From Mizuhopecten yessoensis (lineage: Eukaryota): 64,000 nt of DNA. The translations under genes and the position numbers were made by a program. The DNA is taken from positions 1,845,517-1,909,516 of the forward strand of contig NW_018406397.1 of NCBI RefSeq assembly GCF_002113885.1, in the 5' to 3' direction. Each line of letters opens with the position of its first letter. Position 1 is the stretch's first letter. Below the pieces are notes generated by a model, which made no database searches, had not been told where the DNA came from, and was given only the letters and a program-made list of their open reading frames with translations. Shown piece after piece: positions 1 through 14,121 of the stretch.

Positions 1-923
1 TTTATCATTTCTGCTGTGGCCAGTGGCCTCTTTGTTGACATTATTGTCATCATCTCTTGAACGATTTTTACTTGTGTCTTCTCCAGAATCTGATCTGGCA
101 TCAGAAATTTTGTTGCAGTTCATTTTGCCGTTTGTTGTTTTGATGTTAGTGTCAGAGTCCACTGGATGCTCCCCAGATTTACTTTTGACGCATGTTCTTG
201 ATGGGTGCTGTCCTGTGTGTCGTTTACCATTTCTTTGCGGTTTCATCTTACAGTCCGAACTGTTCGAATGGCCTTTTCCATTAAACTGTTTCTCATCTCG
301 CAATCTTTCGGCATTTTCCCCTTCACTACTAGTTGCACATGCAGATCTGTTTTTGTCATCAATTCCTCCGCCGCTATTACGTCTTGTTTGGCATACTAAG
401 GATTTCCCAGAACTTATGCCACTGTTGTCGTTGTTTTCATTAGGATCGTCGTTGTTTCCTACAGCTCCGTTATTTCTGGAGTCTCTTTGACTAGTTTCAG
501 TTTCTGTCTCATCTTTATCATTTCTGCTGTGGCCAGTGGCCTCTTTGTTGACATTATTGTCATCATCTCTTGAACGATTTTTACTTGTGTCTTCTCCAGA
601 ATCTGATCTGGCATCAGAAGATTTGTTGCAGTTCATTTTGCCGTTTGTTGTTTTGATGTTAGTGTCAGAGTCCACTGGATGCTCTCCAGATTTACGTTTG
701 ACGCACGTTCTTGTTGGTTGCTGTCCTGTGTGTCGTTCACCATTACTTTGAAGTTTCATTTTACAGTCCGAACTGTTCGAATGGCCTTTTCCATTAAACT
801 CTTTCTCAAGTGGCAATTTTTCGGCATATCCCCCTTCACTACTAGTTGCACATGAAGATCTGTTTTTGTCATCAATTCCTCCGCCGCTATCACGTCTTCT
901 TTGCCATACAAAGGATTTCCCAG
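1..923 (-). CDS. Further tandem-repeat coding segment (~513-bp / 171-aa units) of the giant-exon protein, running off the window edge
   Basis: Same repeat units as 1154-3800. The minus frame appears open in the parts I checked. Period 513 bp (23 vs 536). It begins abruptly at the N at 924, so it may be an allelic or duplicated contig. Confidence 0.5.
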
Positions 924-1153
924 NCATAGGCAAAAATACGGTATTACCCATGACTTTTATCTTTATTAGAACAACTTTTAAGACGTCTTCGGTTCGTAAG
1001 AAAATCGTGGTGCAAGTTTAATCATACGTGGCTCTAAGATGGAGACAAATAGGCCAATTGTTTAGAAATAACCTAAATAGAGTTTAACGTATCGACATTT
1101 GTTAGAATGATACAAACATAAAAAAATAATAAAATCATATAATTTCTACTTAC

Positions 1154-4100
1154 TGATTCAGTCGCGAGGTCCACTGGTTGTAGTTCTGTTGAGGCATCTG
1201 TATGTTTTTCATCCAAACGGCTTTGCTCAGGGTCCTGACCAGTAGGATGATACTCATTTCCAATAGGTCCGTTATATTTGGAGTCTTCTGGACAAGATTT
1301 AGTTACTGTGTCATCTTTTCCGTCATTTCTTTGGTCAGAGGCTCCCTCATTGATCGTATTGTCATCATCACTTGAAGGCCTTCTCCTTGCACTTTCTTCA
1401 GGGTCAGATCCATCACCTGAAGAATTGTTTCGGTTCAGTTTGCCGTTTGTTGTTTTGATGTTAGTGTCAGAGTCCACTGGTTGCTCTCCAGATCTACTTT
1501 TGACACCGGTTCTTGAAGGTTGCTGTCCTGTGTGTCGTTCACCAATACTTTGCGGGTTCATCTTACAGTCCGAACTGTTCGAATAGCCTATTCCATTAAA
1601 CTGTTTCTCATCTCGCAATATTTCGGCATTTTCCCCTTTACTACTAGTTGCACATGCAGATCTGTTTTTGTCATCAATTCCTCCGCCGCTATCACGTCTA
1701 CTTTGCCATGCTAAGGAGTTCCCAAAACTTATGCCACTATTGCCGTTGTTTTCATTAGGATCGTCGTTGTTTCCTACAGCTCCGTTATTTTTGGAGTCTC
1801 TTTGACTAGTTTCAGTTTCTGTCTCATCTTTTTTATCATTTCTGCTATGGCCAGTGGCCCCTTGGTTGACATTTTTGTCATCATCTCTTGAACTATGTTT
1901 ACTTGTGTCTTCTCCAGAATCTGATCTGGCATCAGAAATTTTGTTGCAGTTCATTTTGGCGTTTGTTGTTTTGATGTTAGTGTCAGAGTCCACTGGATGC
2001 TCTCCAGATTTACTTTTGACGCATGTTCTTGATGGGTGCTGTCCTGTGTGTCGTTTACCATTACTTTGCGGGTTCATCTTACAGTCCGAACTGTTCGAAT
2101 GGCCTTTTCCATTAAACCCTTTCTCAAGTGGCAATTTTTCGGCATATCCCCCTTCACTACTCGATGCAAATGAAGATCTGTTTTTGTCATCAATTCCTCC
2201 GCCGCTATTACGTCTTGTTTGGCATACTAAGGATTTCCCAGAACTTATGCCACTATTGTCGTTGTGTTCATTAGGATCGTCGTTGTTTCCTACAGCTCCG
2301 TTATTTCTGGAGTCTCTTTGACAAGTTTCAGTTTCGGTCTCATTTTTTTTATTATTTCTGCTGTGGCCAGTGGCCTTTTTGTTGACATTATTGACATCAT
2401 CTCTTGAACGATTTTTACTTGTGTCGTCTCCAGAATCTGATCTGGCATCAGAACATTTGTTGCAGTTCATTTTGGCGTTTGTTGTTTTGATGCTAGTGTC
2501 AGAGTCCACACTGTTTCTCATCTCGCAATCTTTCGGCGTTTTCCCCTTCACTACTAGTTGCACATGCGGATCTGTTTTTGTCATCGATTCCTCCGCCGCC
2601 ATCACGTCTTCTTTGCCATACAAAGGATTTCCCAGACCTTATGCCACTATTGTCGTTGTGTTCCAGAGACCACTGGATGCTCTCCAGATTTACTTTTGAC
2701 GCATGTTATTGATGGGTGCTGTCATGTGTGTCGTTTACCATTACTTTGCGGTTTCATCTTACAGTCCAAACTGTTCGAATGGCCATTGCCATTAAACTCT
2801 TTCTCATGGGGGAAATTTTCGGGAAAACCCCCTTCTCTAATAGATGCACATGAAGATCTGTTGGTGTCATCAATTCCTCCGCCGCTATCACGTCTTCTTT
2901 GCCAAACTAAGGAGTTCCCAGAAATTATGCCACTATTGTCGTTGTGTTCCAGAGACCACTGGATGCTCTCCCGATTTACTTTTGACGAATGTTCTTGATG
3001 GGTGCTGTACTGTGTGTCGTTTACCATTACTTTGCGGGTTCATCTTACAGTCCAAACTGTTCGAATGGCCTTTTCCATTAAACTCTTTCTCATGTGGCAA
3101 TCTTTCGGCATTTCCCCCTTCACTACTAGATGCAAATGAAGATCTGTTTTTGTCATCGATTCCTCCGCCGCTATCACGTCTTCTTTGCCATGCTAAGGAG
3201 TTCCCAGAAATTATGCCACTATTGTCGTTGTGTTCATTAGGATCGTCGTTGTATCCTACAGCTCCGTTATTTTTGGAGTCTCTTTGACTAGTTTCAGTTT
3301 CTGTCTCATCTTTTTTATTATTTCTGCTGTGGCCAGTGGCCTCTTTGTTGACATTATTTTCATCATATCTTGAACGATTTTTACTTGTGTCTTCTCCAGA
3401 ATCTGATCTGGCATCAGAACATTTGTTGCAGTTCATTTTGCCGTTTGTTGTTTTGATGTTAGTGTCAGAGGCCACTGGATGATCTCCAGATTGACTTTTG
3501 ACGCATGTTCTTGATGGGAGCTGTCCTGTGTGTCGTTCACCTATTCTTTGCGGTTTCATCTTACAGTCCGAACTGTTCAAATAGCCCTTTTCATCTATAT
3601 TGATGGGTGCTGTCCTGTGTGTCGTTTACCATTACTTTGCGGTTTCATCTTATAGTACGAACTGTTCAAATAGCCCTTTTCATTGACGCATGTTCTTGAT
3701 GGGTGCTGTCCTGTGTGTCGTTCACCTATACTTTGCGGTTTCATCTTACAGTCCGAACTGTTCAAATAGCCCTTTTCATCTATTCGTTCCTCATGTTTCA
3801 ATATTTTGTCGGTTTTTCCTTCACTACTAGATGTACATTTAGATTCTATTTTGTAAGAAATTCGCCCGCCGCTTTCAGGTCTTAAAGAGTTTCCAAACCC
3901 TTTTTCAAAATTGTCGTTGAGCGCAGTCGGAAGATACTTGTTTTCAACAGCTCCGTAATTTTTGGAGTCTCTTTGGCGAGTTTTATTTTCTTTCTCGTCT
4001 CTTCCATTATGTTTGCTGTGTACAGTGACCCACTCGTTGGTACTACCGTCATCTTCACTTTTGTTTTTGCTTTTTCCGGGATCAGATCTTTCAGCCGATG

Positions 4101-5600
4101 AATCGTAATGATGCGCTATACTGTCAGTGTCAGAGTCTTCTGGTTGTTTTTCTGGGAACGTTCGATCAGATTGGGTACAACTTAATGATGCTTGCTGTAA
4201 GAAGCCATACTCATTGGTCGGTATCTTAATGTCTGATGCGTTGAAAAATCCTGTATTTGAAAGCATTCCATGTTGTAGCATGGCCTTGCAGCTATTTGTC
4301 ATCTCTTTCTCATCATAGTCTTCCATCTCTATTTTACCGTAAGCATTCTGACAACTGACCTTGTCCTTTGTTTCTATATTATCAGAACAGTTTGATGACA
4401 TATCGTTTTTTGTCGTGAAGCTGTTTCTGTTAGAAAGCAATAAATCCTGTTTATTATGTTTTCTTCGACCACCATTAGTTTCCGAATTCGCATCAAACTT
4501 GTATCCTTCTCTATTCGTTCGGTCAATTAGGGTGACTTCTTGCTGAATTCTATTTTCGATCCTTTCAGTATATGTACCTTGAGTACCTTCCCCCTGGTTT
4601 ATGCAGGTGTCTCTTTCACAATCACACAATGTATTTCTCTCTTTGTCGGTGTGAAATGTATCCATTGAGGAATAGGAATTGATATAATGCATACTTTTAG
4701 CAGCTCTCCGTTGTGCATTCATTCTGTTCGAAACGCCACAAAATGTAATATGCTCTTTTTGGCTGCTTGGTGCTAGAAATTTGTGATAGTCTTGCTCTAT
4801 TTCATTGACTGTGTTCTCTTCAATCGTGTTGAAGGCATTACATGCATTATCGGGGTCCCCTGATAGCCATTCTATGCCTGTTCTACGACCTCTCTCACCA
4901 CTGATGTCACACGTTGGACTATTGTTTGCTTTATCACCTGCTTCTCTTGAATGCGATACATTTTCCCCATTGCCATATTCGTCGTTGTTGCAGTCAACAC
5001 AGCTTTGACGAGAAAGGTCGATCATGCTCCTTTCATCCATTTTTGAGTCCTCTTTTTGTATCTCAGCAATAGTTACAATGTCTCCGACTTCAGTAATACA
5101 TACGTGTTGTTGGGAGGTTTCATTGCTTTTTCCTTGATAAGTCTTCTCAAAATTCGGCCATTCCCCATCTAAGATTGTTTTTGGACGAAATATTCTGTAA
5201 CATGATCTGCTTCTGTCGATCTCTGAGAAGTCTGACTTTTTACTGATGTCATTTTGCTTTCCTTCTATATAACTATACCTATGCTGTTTTTTCCTTCTGT
5301 TTTCATCTCCAAGACACAGTCTTTGCCTTGAAATTGTTCCCCAAATGCCAGCGTCAACAGCCGGTATCATATTGTTGATTGTGTATCTATCACCAATAGT
5401 TGATTCGTGCTGCTGTTCGTTGCTATATACTCCAACAAAACCAGGCCATGGTGTGTCATCATCGGAATAGGATTTTTCATAGACGACTGATGTCATGTCA
5501 GTATTGTGTATGTCTACTTCCTTAGTGTTACCGTTTTCATGCTGAACATTGCTTCTAATTTCACCTCCATGACGAGCTCCATGGTGGTGTGCAATTGAAC
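1154..5600 (-). CDS. Giant exon (~4.4 kb) of an uncharacterised Ser/Asp/Asn/Lys-rich tandem-repeat protein; frame-broken between ~2500 and ~3600
   Basis: Acceptor tttcag|GT at 5601/5600 is in phase 1 with the upstream exon and in frame with ORF 3595-5496. Donor TCA|GTAAGT at 1154/1153. ORFs 3595-5496, 2933-3580, 2722-3027 and 1073-2623 are pieces of one repeat reading frame. Confidence 0.65.
1450..3800. repeat. Coding VNTR: ~513-516-bp units plus rearranged 286-bp sub-units
   Basis: Recurrent blocks such as ttacagtccgaactgttcgaa and gtcagagtccactgg. Offsets 1854/2370 and 2558/2844. Confidence 0.9.
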
Positions 5601-6099
5601 CTGAAACGTCAGAGACGTTAAATATACTTTCTTAGCGAGGGAGAAAGTCACTTATGACTTTCCTCAAAAAACTGTTTGAGTTTGAATGCATTCGTACAAA
5701 TGCAATTGTTTTGATCTCAGAAACAGAAATATATTTGTGTTCAATTGTGAACCCTCTTTGTATGATATCATGCTATCAGTTACAGAAACATTTTCAACAG
5801 TATTTTAATAATATGCAGGGAACTTTATTCTTACTGGAAATAAAGCTAAAATCCAAAGAATTCAGATGGTTTATCCGAAATATTTCTTTTTGAAATTATG
5901 ACACTCTATCTTGTGATGCACTTGGTTTTGAAAAAGAATGTCCTAAGAAATTAATGAGAGACAGCTTCAATAGCTGAAAAAAGTTTGGAAATGCCGCTAT
6001 CGTCATGAAAATTGGCAGTACACTCCTTGTATGCCAATTTACCAACATAAACCGTGGTACCACATGGATAAACATGTTAAACTGCATTTCAGGTTTATT

Positions 6100-8687
6100 A
6101 TCTTAATTTCTGATACAATGTGATTGCTATCCCATCATAATTATTCCAACCAAGTTTGAATTATTTCCTGCAGAATAATGCACAAAACGTGCCAAAGAAG
6201 TGGCTAAATGTACCTTCACACTCACATGACTACAACTGGTTTTTTTAGAAGCGGTGAAAAAATCTCTGCAACTGAAAGGCCAAGGTGGCTTTATTGGATT
6301 TTCGGATCGGCTTATTACCTAAAAAATGCTGAACATTATTAACAAACTGTTCTAGTTTCTAAACTAACTTTCTATTAAATATATAGCACAAAAATTGTAC
6401 ACAATATAGATTTGATATTACATAAATTATTCGACAACAGGCCCATGGACCCTGACAGTCACATACAATGTAAAAGAAAAAGGTAATTTGTTGTTACAAA
6501 ATACAAAAGCACTTTAGGACCTTTCCATTCATGAAGAGTATTTGATGTTAACATTTCGGCCGTACCACTAAGACACCCGGGGGTAAGTTAGGGTATGTTT
6601 TTCTTATAAAATCAAATTTCAATATTATGATGATAATTCAAACCAAGTTTGAATTAAAAACAAAGGAGAAAAATTCGAAATATACCCAGAAATGCTAATC
6701 ATTAATATAAACTGTAGTATGGTTTACCCCCTCCGAATGGTAAATGGGTGACCGGGGGTATCGAAATTAGATCTTTTCCATCAATGAAGGGTATTTGATT
6801 CGAGCATATTTGGGTGTTACTTAGAAGATCGTTGATTTATTTTGCCAAATTGACCCCTTTTCAGCTTTGACTTCACCCCTCAGGCCCTGGGGATGAGTCA
6901 GGTTTTAAATTTTATATCACCAAACTGCAATCACATGTTGATAATTCCAACCAAATTTGAATTATTTGCCACCAAGAAAGTCAGCAAAAAATACCAAAAA
7001 GTGTTAATTCCCCTATATCAACTATAGTAACTTTATCCCCCTAGGAGCAATGGGTGACCTGGGGTTATGCAATTCACACTTTTGATAAAGTGCCTTAACA
7101 CTTATACACCCATGAAGAGTATTTGATTCCAGCGTTTACGAGTCTGAAGAAGAACATTTGCTGAACTTTTAGCCAGTTTGATCGCGATTGGCTAAAAATG
7201 TGAATTCCCTAGATAGATTACATAGTAAACGTTAATTTACTTTTCATTAAGTTCAACAGATTGCCTAGGGTTTATAAAATTAACATTCTAGATAATAGTC
7301 TGTATCGATACAGACCATTTTATTCTAGCACATCAAAGTCTGAGGAAGTAGTTTTTTGCCATTTTCAACCTTTGGACCCTGCCACTTCCAGCCAAATGGT
7401 GGGCCCAATTATAACTTTCTGATACCATCAAATTGCCATCTCATTATGATTATCAAAACCAGTTTGAATACTTCTTATTTCAGCTTAACTTTTACAAGAT
7501 AATGTGTTAATTGCTTTTCTTTTAAACAAGAATCCTAGGGGTACTGAGTCAACGGTCAACGGTCAACGGTCACCTGCGATCACCTGCGTTGTTATCAATA
7601 ACTGTTATTGTTGTTGTGATATTGTCAGAAAAAAGGGAAATAATAAAATGATTATATAAGGTAATATAGTAAATTTACCCCCCTTCCTAGATAGGAATGA
7701 AAAAAACATGGGTTGTAAAATTCACATTTCGTTAAAGCACTTTAGGAACTTTCAACCGATAAAGAGGATTCTATTCTAGGATATATGGGTCTTAAGAAGA
7801 AGATTGTTGAAATTTGAGCCAGTTAAACCCTTTTTGGCCCTGCGCCTCCGGCCTTAGGGTTGAGTAAGGTTCTAACTTTTCAAACCATCAAGCTGTAATC
7901 ACATGATGATAACTCCAACCAAGTTTGAATTATATCCCACAGAAAAGAAGCACGGAAAATAAACAGTTATACACAAAAGTGTTAATTCCCTACATAACTA
8001 TAGCCAAAGTTTCCCCTCTCCTGGTGGAAATGGGTGATGCGGGAGGTAATGAAAGTTACACTATTGACAAATCGTCTAAAGCAGTTTCCTTCAATGAACA
8101 GTACTTGTTTGCAGCATATCTGGGTCGAGAGAAGAATATTGGTAAAATTTGAGCCAATTGAAACCCTTTAGACCCCACTCCCATGCTCTTCGGATGAGTC
8201 ATACCATCAACTGCAATCACATGTTCTTAATTCCAACCAAGTTTGAATTACATCCCACAGAGAAGAAGCAAAATATATCCAAAAGTGTTAATTTCTTTAA
8301 TATATAAACTTAGCTCCCTCCTTCTGGGAGAATGAGTGACCGGGGACAATGAAATCCGCAATTTTTATCGGCATCTACAGCTTGATACCTTTCATCCATG
8401 AAGAGTTTTTGATTTCTGGATATCTAGGTCTAAAGGAGAAGATTGTTGCCAATTTGAACCTATTCGCCCCTGCCCCTCAGGCCCCTGGAAGGGTGGGGGT
8501 AGATCCATATAATTCACATATTTGACTTGCCTATGACCATTGAACCTTTTGTTGCAAATTTTAATTAGATTTGGTTAAGTGGTTATGGAGAAGAGGTCAA
8601 AAATGATATTCGGTTAAGGACACCAAACGATAGACAAAAGACAAAATTGCGTTAATAAAAATTGCGTTAGGTCAACAGAGACCTAAC
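6100..8687. mobile_element. Intronic cluster of non-autonomous Helentron/HINE-like repeats with internal ~300-bp tandem units
   Basis: Motif ccaaccaagtttgaatt (or close variants) recurs at ~6146, 6640, 6946, 7456, 7915 and 8233. aacaaga/acaacaggcccatgg-type starts at ~6434 and 7525. Terminal hairpin ttaggtc..gacctaa at 8667-8686. Family assignment is by resemblance to bivalve HINE architecture. Confidence 0.5.
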
Positions 8688-8705
8688 AAACTGAAAGATA
8701 TTTAC

Positions 8706-10197
8706 CCACAACAGTAGTTTGGTTTGATGAACAAGGGCTTCCCTGGTTTGCTGAGCATAATTGAGTTTTTGAGCTGGTTTTGGTTGTTGGACTAGATGGC
8801 TTTGTTGTACACATTTGTTGTATTGAACTGGCTTGGGTGTTTTCACATATTTGCTTTGTGCGGCTATCCTGGAGTGTTAGACATGTGTTGATCTCTTCCA
8901 TCAACCCATATTTGTCTGCTGATGATTCATTAATGTTCACAGTGACACTTTTGGATGCTTTACTTATCCTATTATCAGAAAGTTCCGATTTATACAGATC
9001 TGCACTTTGTATGTTGTTATTTGTGGATGTACTTTCAATGTCCCGATATAAATGTCCATTATTTAATGACAGCTTTGTCGTTGCAGAAACACAGTTCTCA
9101 AATGAAGTCATCTGTGAGATGTTATGAACACATGCTGTTTCCAAAGAATGACTTTCATCAGACTTCACTTTATCCCATACTGTAGTCACTTCCTGGTCCG
9201 TTTTTCTGCCGTTTTTCTCATTTTTCTGATTTTGATAATGCAACCAGGGAACATTTGGTTTAGGAGAGAGATGTCTTTCCTTTGTAAAGGTTTGATCTGA
9301 CCTTTCGAGCTTATTCTGGCATGGTACGTTATTCTCCAATTCAGGCATGCTTGGGCTTTTGTCAATGGATATAAGAGAACACTCACAGCTTTGGCTAAGC
9401 AAAGAAATATCCGAAAGCACATTGTTTTCATTGTATTCTTCTTTACCGGTTTTTAGCATTCTGTTTACTTTTTCTGTGGACACAGTTGATACTAACGTAA
9501 GGTTTTTTGTACATTCGTCAGTATCCTCCTCTGGCTGCGCAACCAGTAATGTCTTATTTTTCTGGTCCTTGAATTGACAGTGTTCGGGTTCGGATACACA
9601 CAAATCATTTTCTTCTGTACTAGAATGATGTTCAAAGTACGCACCCCTCGTGGTTGAAGGACAAGTATTTATTGTATCCTCTGTATATGTCTCTTGTATT
9701 GGATGAGTGAATCTCTCACTGGAAAGGAACAATTTTTTGAACCTTTTACCGATATACCTCTTTGCTCTATAAGCTATATGCATTTTTTTGCTTTCCGTTG
9801 TATCATCGTTTGAACTATTTCTAGCATGTTTGGCATTATGGAAACTTCTTTGTTCATTTTCACTTGGATAATCATCGCATATCTTACATTTCATAGAAGT
9901 CACTGCATCCTTCAATTCTGCATCGGCATGCTTGCTGTCATAGTAAGTGTCATCTTTTGAAACCAAAGGGTTCCCGGTTGTGTGCTTCATGGAAGAAACA
10001 TAACATGTTTCAAGTTCCGTTACAGCAACTGATAAGTCATTCTGTTGAGAGTTTGCCACTTTCAAAATATCAGTATCTCTATGGCGACTACTAGAAGGAC
10101 TAAAGTCACTGGACCATTGATCCTGGAAAGTTGGGGAAATGTTGTTAGGATTGTAGCACGTCCTATTTTTCTTTCTCTTCCACATGTCTTTCCACAT
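8706..10197 (-). CDS. First large coding exon of the same uncharacterised protein
   Basis: ATG at 10197 after acceptor ttctttcag (10252). About 500 open codons. Donor GTG G|GTAAAT at 8706/8705, phase 1, matching the acceptor at 5600. Confidence 0.7.
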
Positions 10198-11339
10198 ATT
10201 GAGAGGTAGTCAAAAAACACCTTCAAGCTACACCAATTGTTTGTTCTTTATCTGAAAGAATAAATTTTATAATATCTTAAGCTCTTATTTAAAAGTATGA
10301 GTAATATAACTGTAAATAATTATGTAACATTTTTAACTAGTAAAATATTGCGCATTGTTTTCATTTTTTTGGTCAAAACAAGTCATCAAAGAGCTGGACA
10401 CATAGGATGGGTATTGTTTCACACTGTATGGCTATTACACATCTATCCATGTAAGCAATATTTAGATAATTAGTGTATCCATGCATCATTGCGTTTTTTT
10501 ATTTGATCTATATATATTTTCACAGGTAGGTCTACAATATTTAAGGTCATGACTATTCAAATGTTCTGTCTTTTGTTGCTTTGATACAATTTTTTATATT
10601 TGTATACATCACTAAATCATTGACATTTTTATCCATAAGCAACAAGTAGAATACCAACAATACAGTTATTTTTCAAACATCACTTATTCTAGAACTGTAT
10701 CCCACGAGCGCATCAGATATACCTATACTATATTTCTTGTCAGTATTAGAGATATTTCCAGTGCAAATATGAATATGGATGAGGGCGCCTTTATTGTTGA
10801 TTTACAAAAGTTATACAGGTATACGTATCGCATATAATGTTATTTTTCAGTTTACAATTTATTCTTATATATTGCGACTGAGAAACTTTTTTTTTCTAAT
10901 TTTTCAAATAAAGACACACAGTGTACTAAATGGATGTCACCGAAATCGAACATTTAGGAAGTACCATGACATTTGTTTTAAATCAAAATAAGTATTCTGT
11001 GTAAACACTATGAAATAATTTATACAAATTAACGATATAAACATCTATTCAACCTAGTTATATGGAATGATTTCGTAATCGTTAAACAAATTCAGTTGTT
11101 TATTTTTACATGTGAAGCCATCTGTGAACCGAAAAGAAATTTTGGTGATGATAAAACATGCATAATACCAAACTGATCATGTAATTATTCCAATGTCAAA
11201 GTGTTAATGGAAATACACAAAACATATCTCAGTTTTAAAACATAATCCGATATAAATCTATCCAAAACAAATATGATTGTTTTTCCCCCACTATACACAG
11301 AATACCGACACATACATTTTCCAGTGTACCCAATTGATC

Positions 11340-11990
11340 TTATCGGTAATTACAGTAAGTATTCGACGATCGCTTTTATATTTATTGCCGCCATTTACGG
11401 GCTTTGCCGATTATTAACGAATGTCTTTTCCCCCTATATCCCTTCGACGTATTTCGGCGGAACAGGTATCAAACGACCTCAGAGTCAGGGTCAATTGGGA
11501 AAGTGTCGCATGAGCCATTATTTTAAAATAACTGGGTTGCATCCGAGCCAGCCAGTCGAGCATGTATTCACATATCAAAAATACGTATGTTTCGTCTTTT
11601 GTCCTGGAAAGACACTGCAGCATTGTGTTTCCCGATAGCATCATCATTATTGGACGCCATTTTGACAAGACTAACTATATGAGGTATACGCAAATCAGAC
11701 GCTTGATGATCGATTTTGACACAAATTACCTCGACCAACTAGTGGTTTGACCAACGGGAAGTGTGTTGTAGGCCCTGACTTGTTTGGTTCATATTTGTTG
11801 ACCGTTCATTTACAGAAAATGACGTTATTTGTTACTGGAAGCAGCAGGAAACTAGCCTAGTCCGTAAGGGCCCTTCGTGGAAACAACTTGTTCCCAGGGA
11901 ACGCGGTGACCGGAAACCGCGTACTTGGCTCGGAGTAGGAAATGACGTACGTGACATGACTTTGCCAAAAATGACGACATCTTTTTATTT
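11340..11990 (-). promoter_or_regulatory. CpG-richer putative promoter / 5' UTR exon region of the giant-exon gene
   Basis: Locally higher CpG content, TGACGT motifs, and a candidate minus-strand donor gag|gtaatt near 11730. Confidence 0.3.
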
Positions 11991-12029
11991 ACAGAGGGAA
12001 GAGGAACTAATTTTGCAATTTTAATAAAT

Positions 12030-13176
12030 TGGGGAATGGATAAACATGTTATCCGTCTCCCTAACTGCCTGCAGTATGAGATTGCAGTTTGGCGAAATGT
12101 CTCTATGATTTTTGACAGCTGACTTTACTTGATTCGGCCCACTGAGGCTTAGTGAGTTGTTTTCAGCGGTTAAGAGTCGAGACACCGGTCTTTTGATTCT
12201 TTGCTTGAGAAAGGAAACTGACGATTTAGAAAGCTCGCAAATTGTGTTTTCAATTCCTGTTTGTGTTCAAAACAAACTTAGTCTTAAATAAAAATAAGTT
12301 TTAATTTCCTATTCTGAACACTGACGTGTCATCATAATTCTAATTGTTCAATTTGCCTGATGTTTATTCATAATGATAATATATTGATCAGAATACATAA
12401 TGGTCTTACCAGTTAAGTAGTTTTATTGTTACTTGTGAAAAAGATATTATCGGAACATTGTGAATATATCTTTCATCAGTACATAAAGAACGAAGCGATT
12501 GCAATTAAATTAATTGATTACATTGTAAGAAAGCTGTAAAATGACTTTTTATTGCTTTACGTGAATCAGTACGTGTAAACCTTACCGTATGTTTGAGCTC
12601 AAATTCCTGTCCTTTCAAATTGAAAGGGCACAACCATTCAGTGCTATACACACGTCGTGGGTAACGCTCTAATAATTCCCACTTGCTCATCCAATCTTAC
12701 ACAGACATATCATATGAATTCAGGGGTCGTCTCAAAATGCTTCCAAACAAGATGCTTTCATGCGGATATTATTGTGCATATAAATTGATAAACAAACCGT
12801 CACGATTTTCAAAGTCATGTGCTTTCAAAAGATATAATTCATTTTTGGAAAATAAATATAACAATACAAATCAGCTTTAACGAATGTATAACTTTCCAGT
12901 ATGTAAATGGTGGTCATAATACTGTTATCTTTGTATTCACCTGAATAATTCATGATATAGCTGTACTTTAATTTGCTTAATCAATCATCAGTTTGCTAGA
13001 TATGAGATATCATATCAAATAAACGATAGATTAAGTTTACATATAAAACAAATATCATTTAGTATCAAATACAGAAAGCAATAGAAAAGCTGTCAAAAAG
13101 CAGGGGAACACTTCGCCAAATTGCAATGCTATACTGAAGCCTTCAGGGGTCGGATAACATGTTTGCCCATTCCGCC
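12030..13176. mobile_element. MITE-like element with ~100-bp terminal inverted repeats
   Basis: 12030-12125 (ggaatggataaacatgttatccg...tttggcgaa) is the diverged reverse complement of 13085-13176. Confidence 0.55.
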
Positions 13177-14121
13177 CCTTAGTGGATTTTAAAATAGGGA
13201 CGAAGGGGGCCACCGTATGGAGTGGGACTGTATGGTTTTCAACACTTGATTTCTAAGTGTTCTTCCACACAACAAAAGATGTATCGTCTACACTAGATGT
13301 TTCTTAGTAATGTAGGTCACCAAAAATCATAAAACAGTGTTCGAAATGTAAACGGAATAACTCTGGGCCACTGGACCCTTACTTCTTAATATAGGACCAA
13401 ACTGATCTATTAATGATTCCTATGTCTATGTGTTAATGAAAGTACACAAAAACATATCTCAGTTTTAAACATAGTCCAATATAATTCTATCCAAATAAAT
13501 GACAGCTCCCGCCACTATACTCAAATTACCAAGACATACATTTCAAGCGTACCCGATTATTTGGGGGGGAAAAAAGAAAATACAAATCAGCTTCAAGGAA
13601 TATTTTATCATTGCATTTTTCTTTTAAGGCAAATTAATAATAAATATATGTATAACTTTCCAGTATGTAAATGGCGGTCATAATATCGTTATCTTTGTAT
13701 TCCCCTGAATAGCACATACTCTACTTTGCTATGCATGTGATAACATATCAAATAAACGATAAATCAAGTTTACAGATAAAACAAATATCATTTAGTGTCA
13801 AATACAGAAGCAATAGAAATATGACCTGGAATGTCGTTGTATATAGGGGTATTAATTACACCCGAATAAAAATGATGTGAAGGTTATTGAAAGCTTTGAG
13901 ACATTTTCTGACACGATCCTACTGGCTTTTCATTATTGTAAAAAATGGAAAAAAATGAGCTCTCGGCGGTCGAAGAAAACTCCCGCAGATTTTCGCAGCA
14001 CAATATTTTCAGTATTGTACTTGTTTTCTTCAGTGAAAATCCTTAATATCTCTAAAGAAATACTTGAATGATTTACTTCATTGTTCATCAGTTCCTATCT
14101 TACTGACTATCGTTAAGTCAA

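Noticed and set aside
23-3287. Hydrophobic plus-strand ORFs (e.g. 23-490, 1854-2321, 2844-3287)
   Set aside because: They are antisense shadows of the hydrophilic minus-strand repeat exon; the splice signals support only the minus strand.
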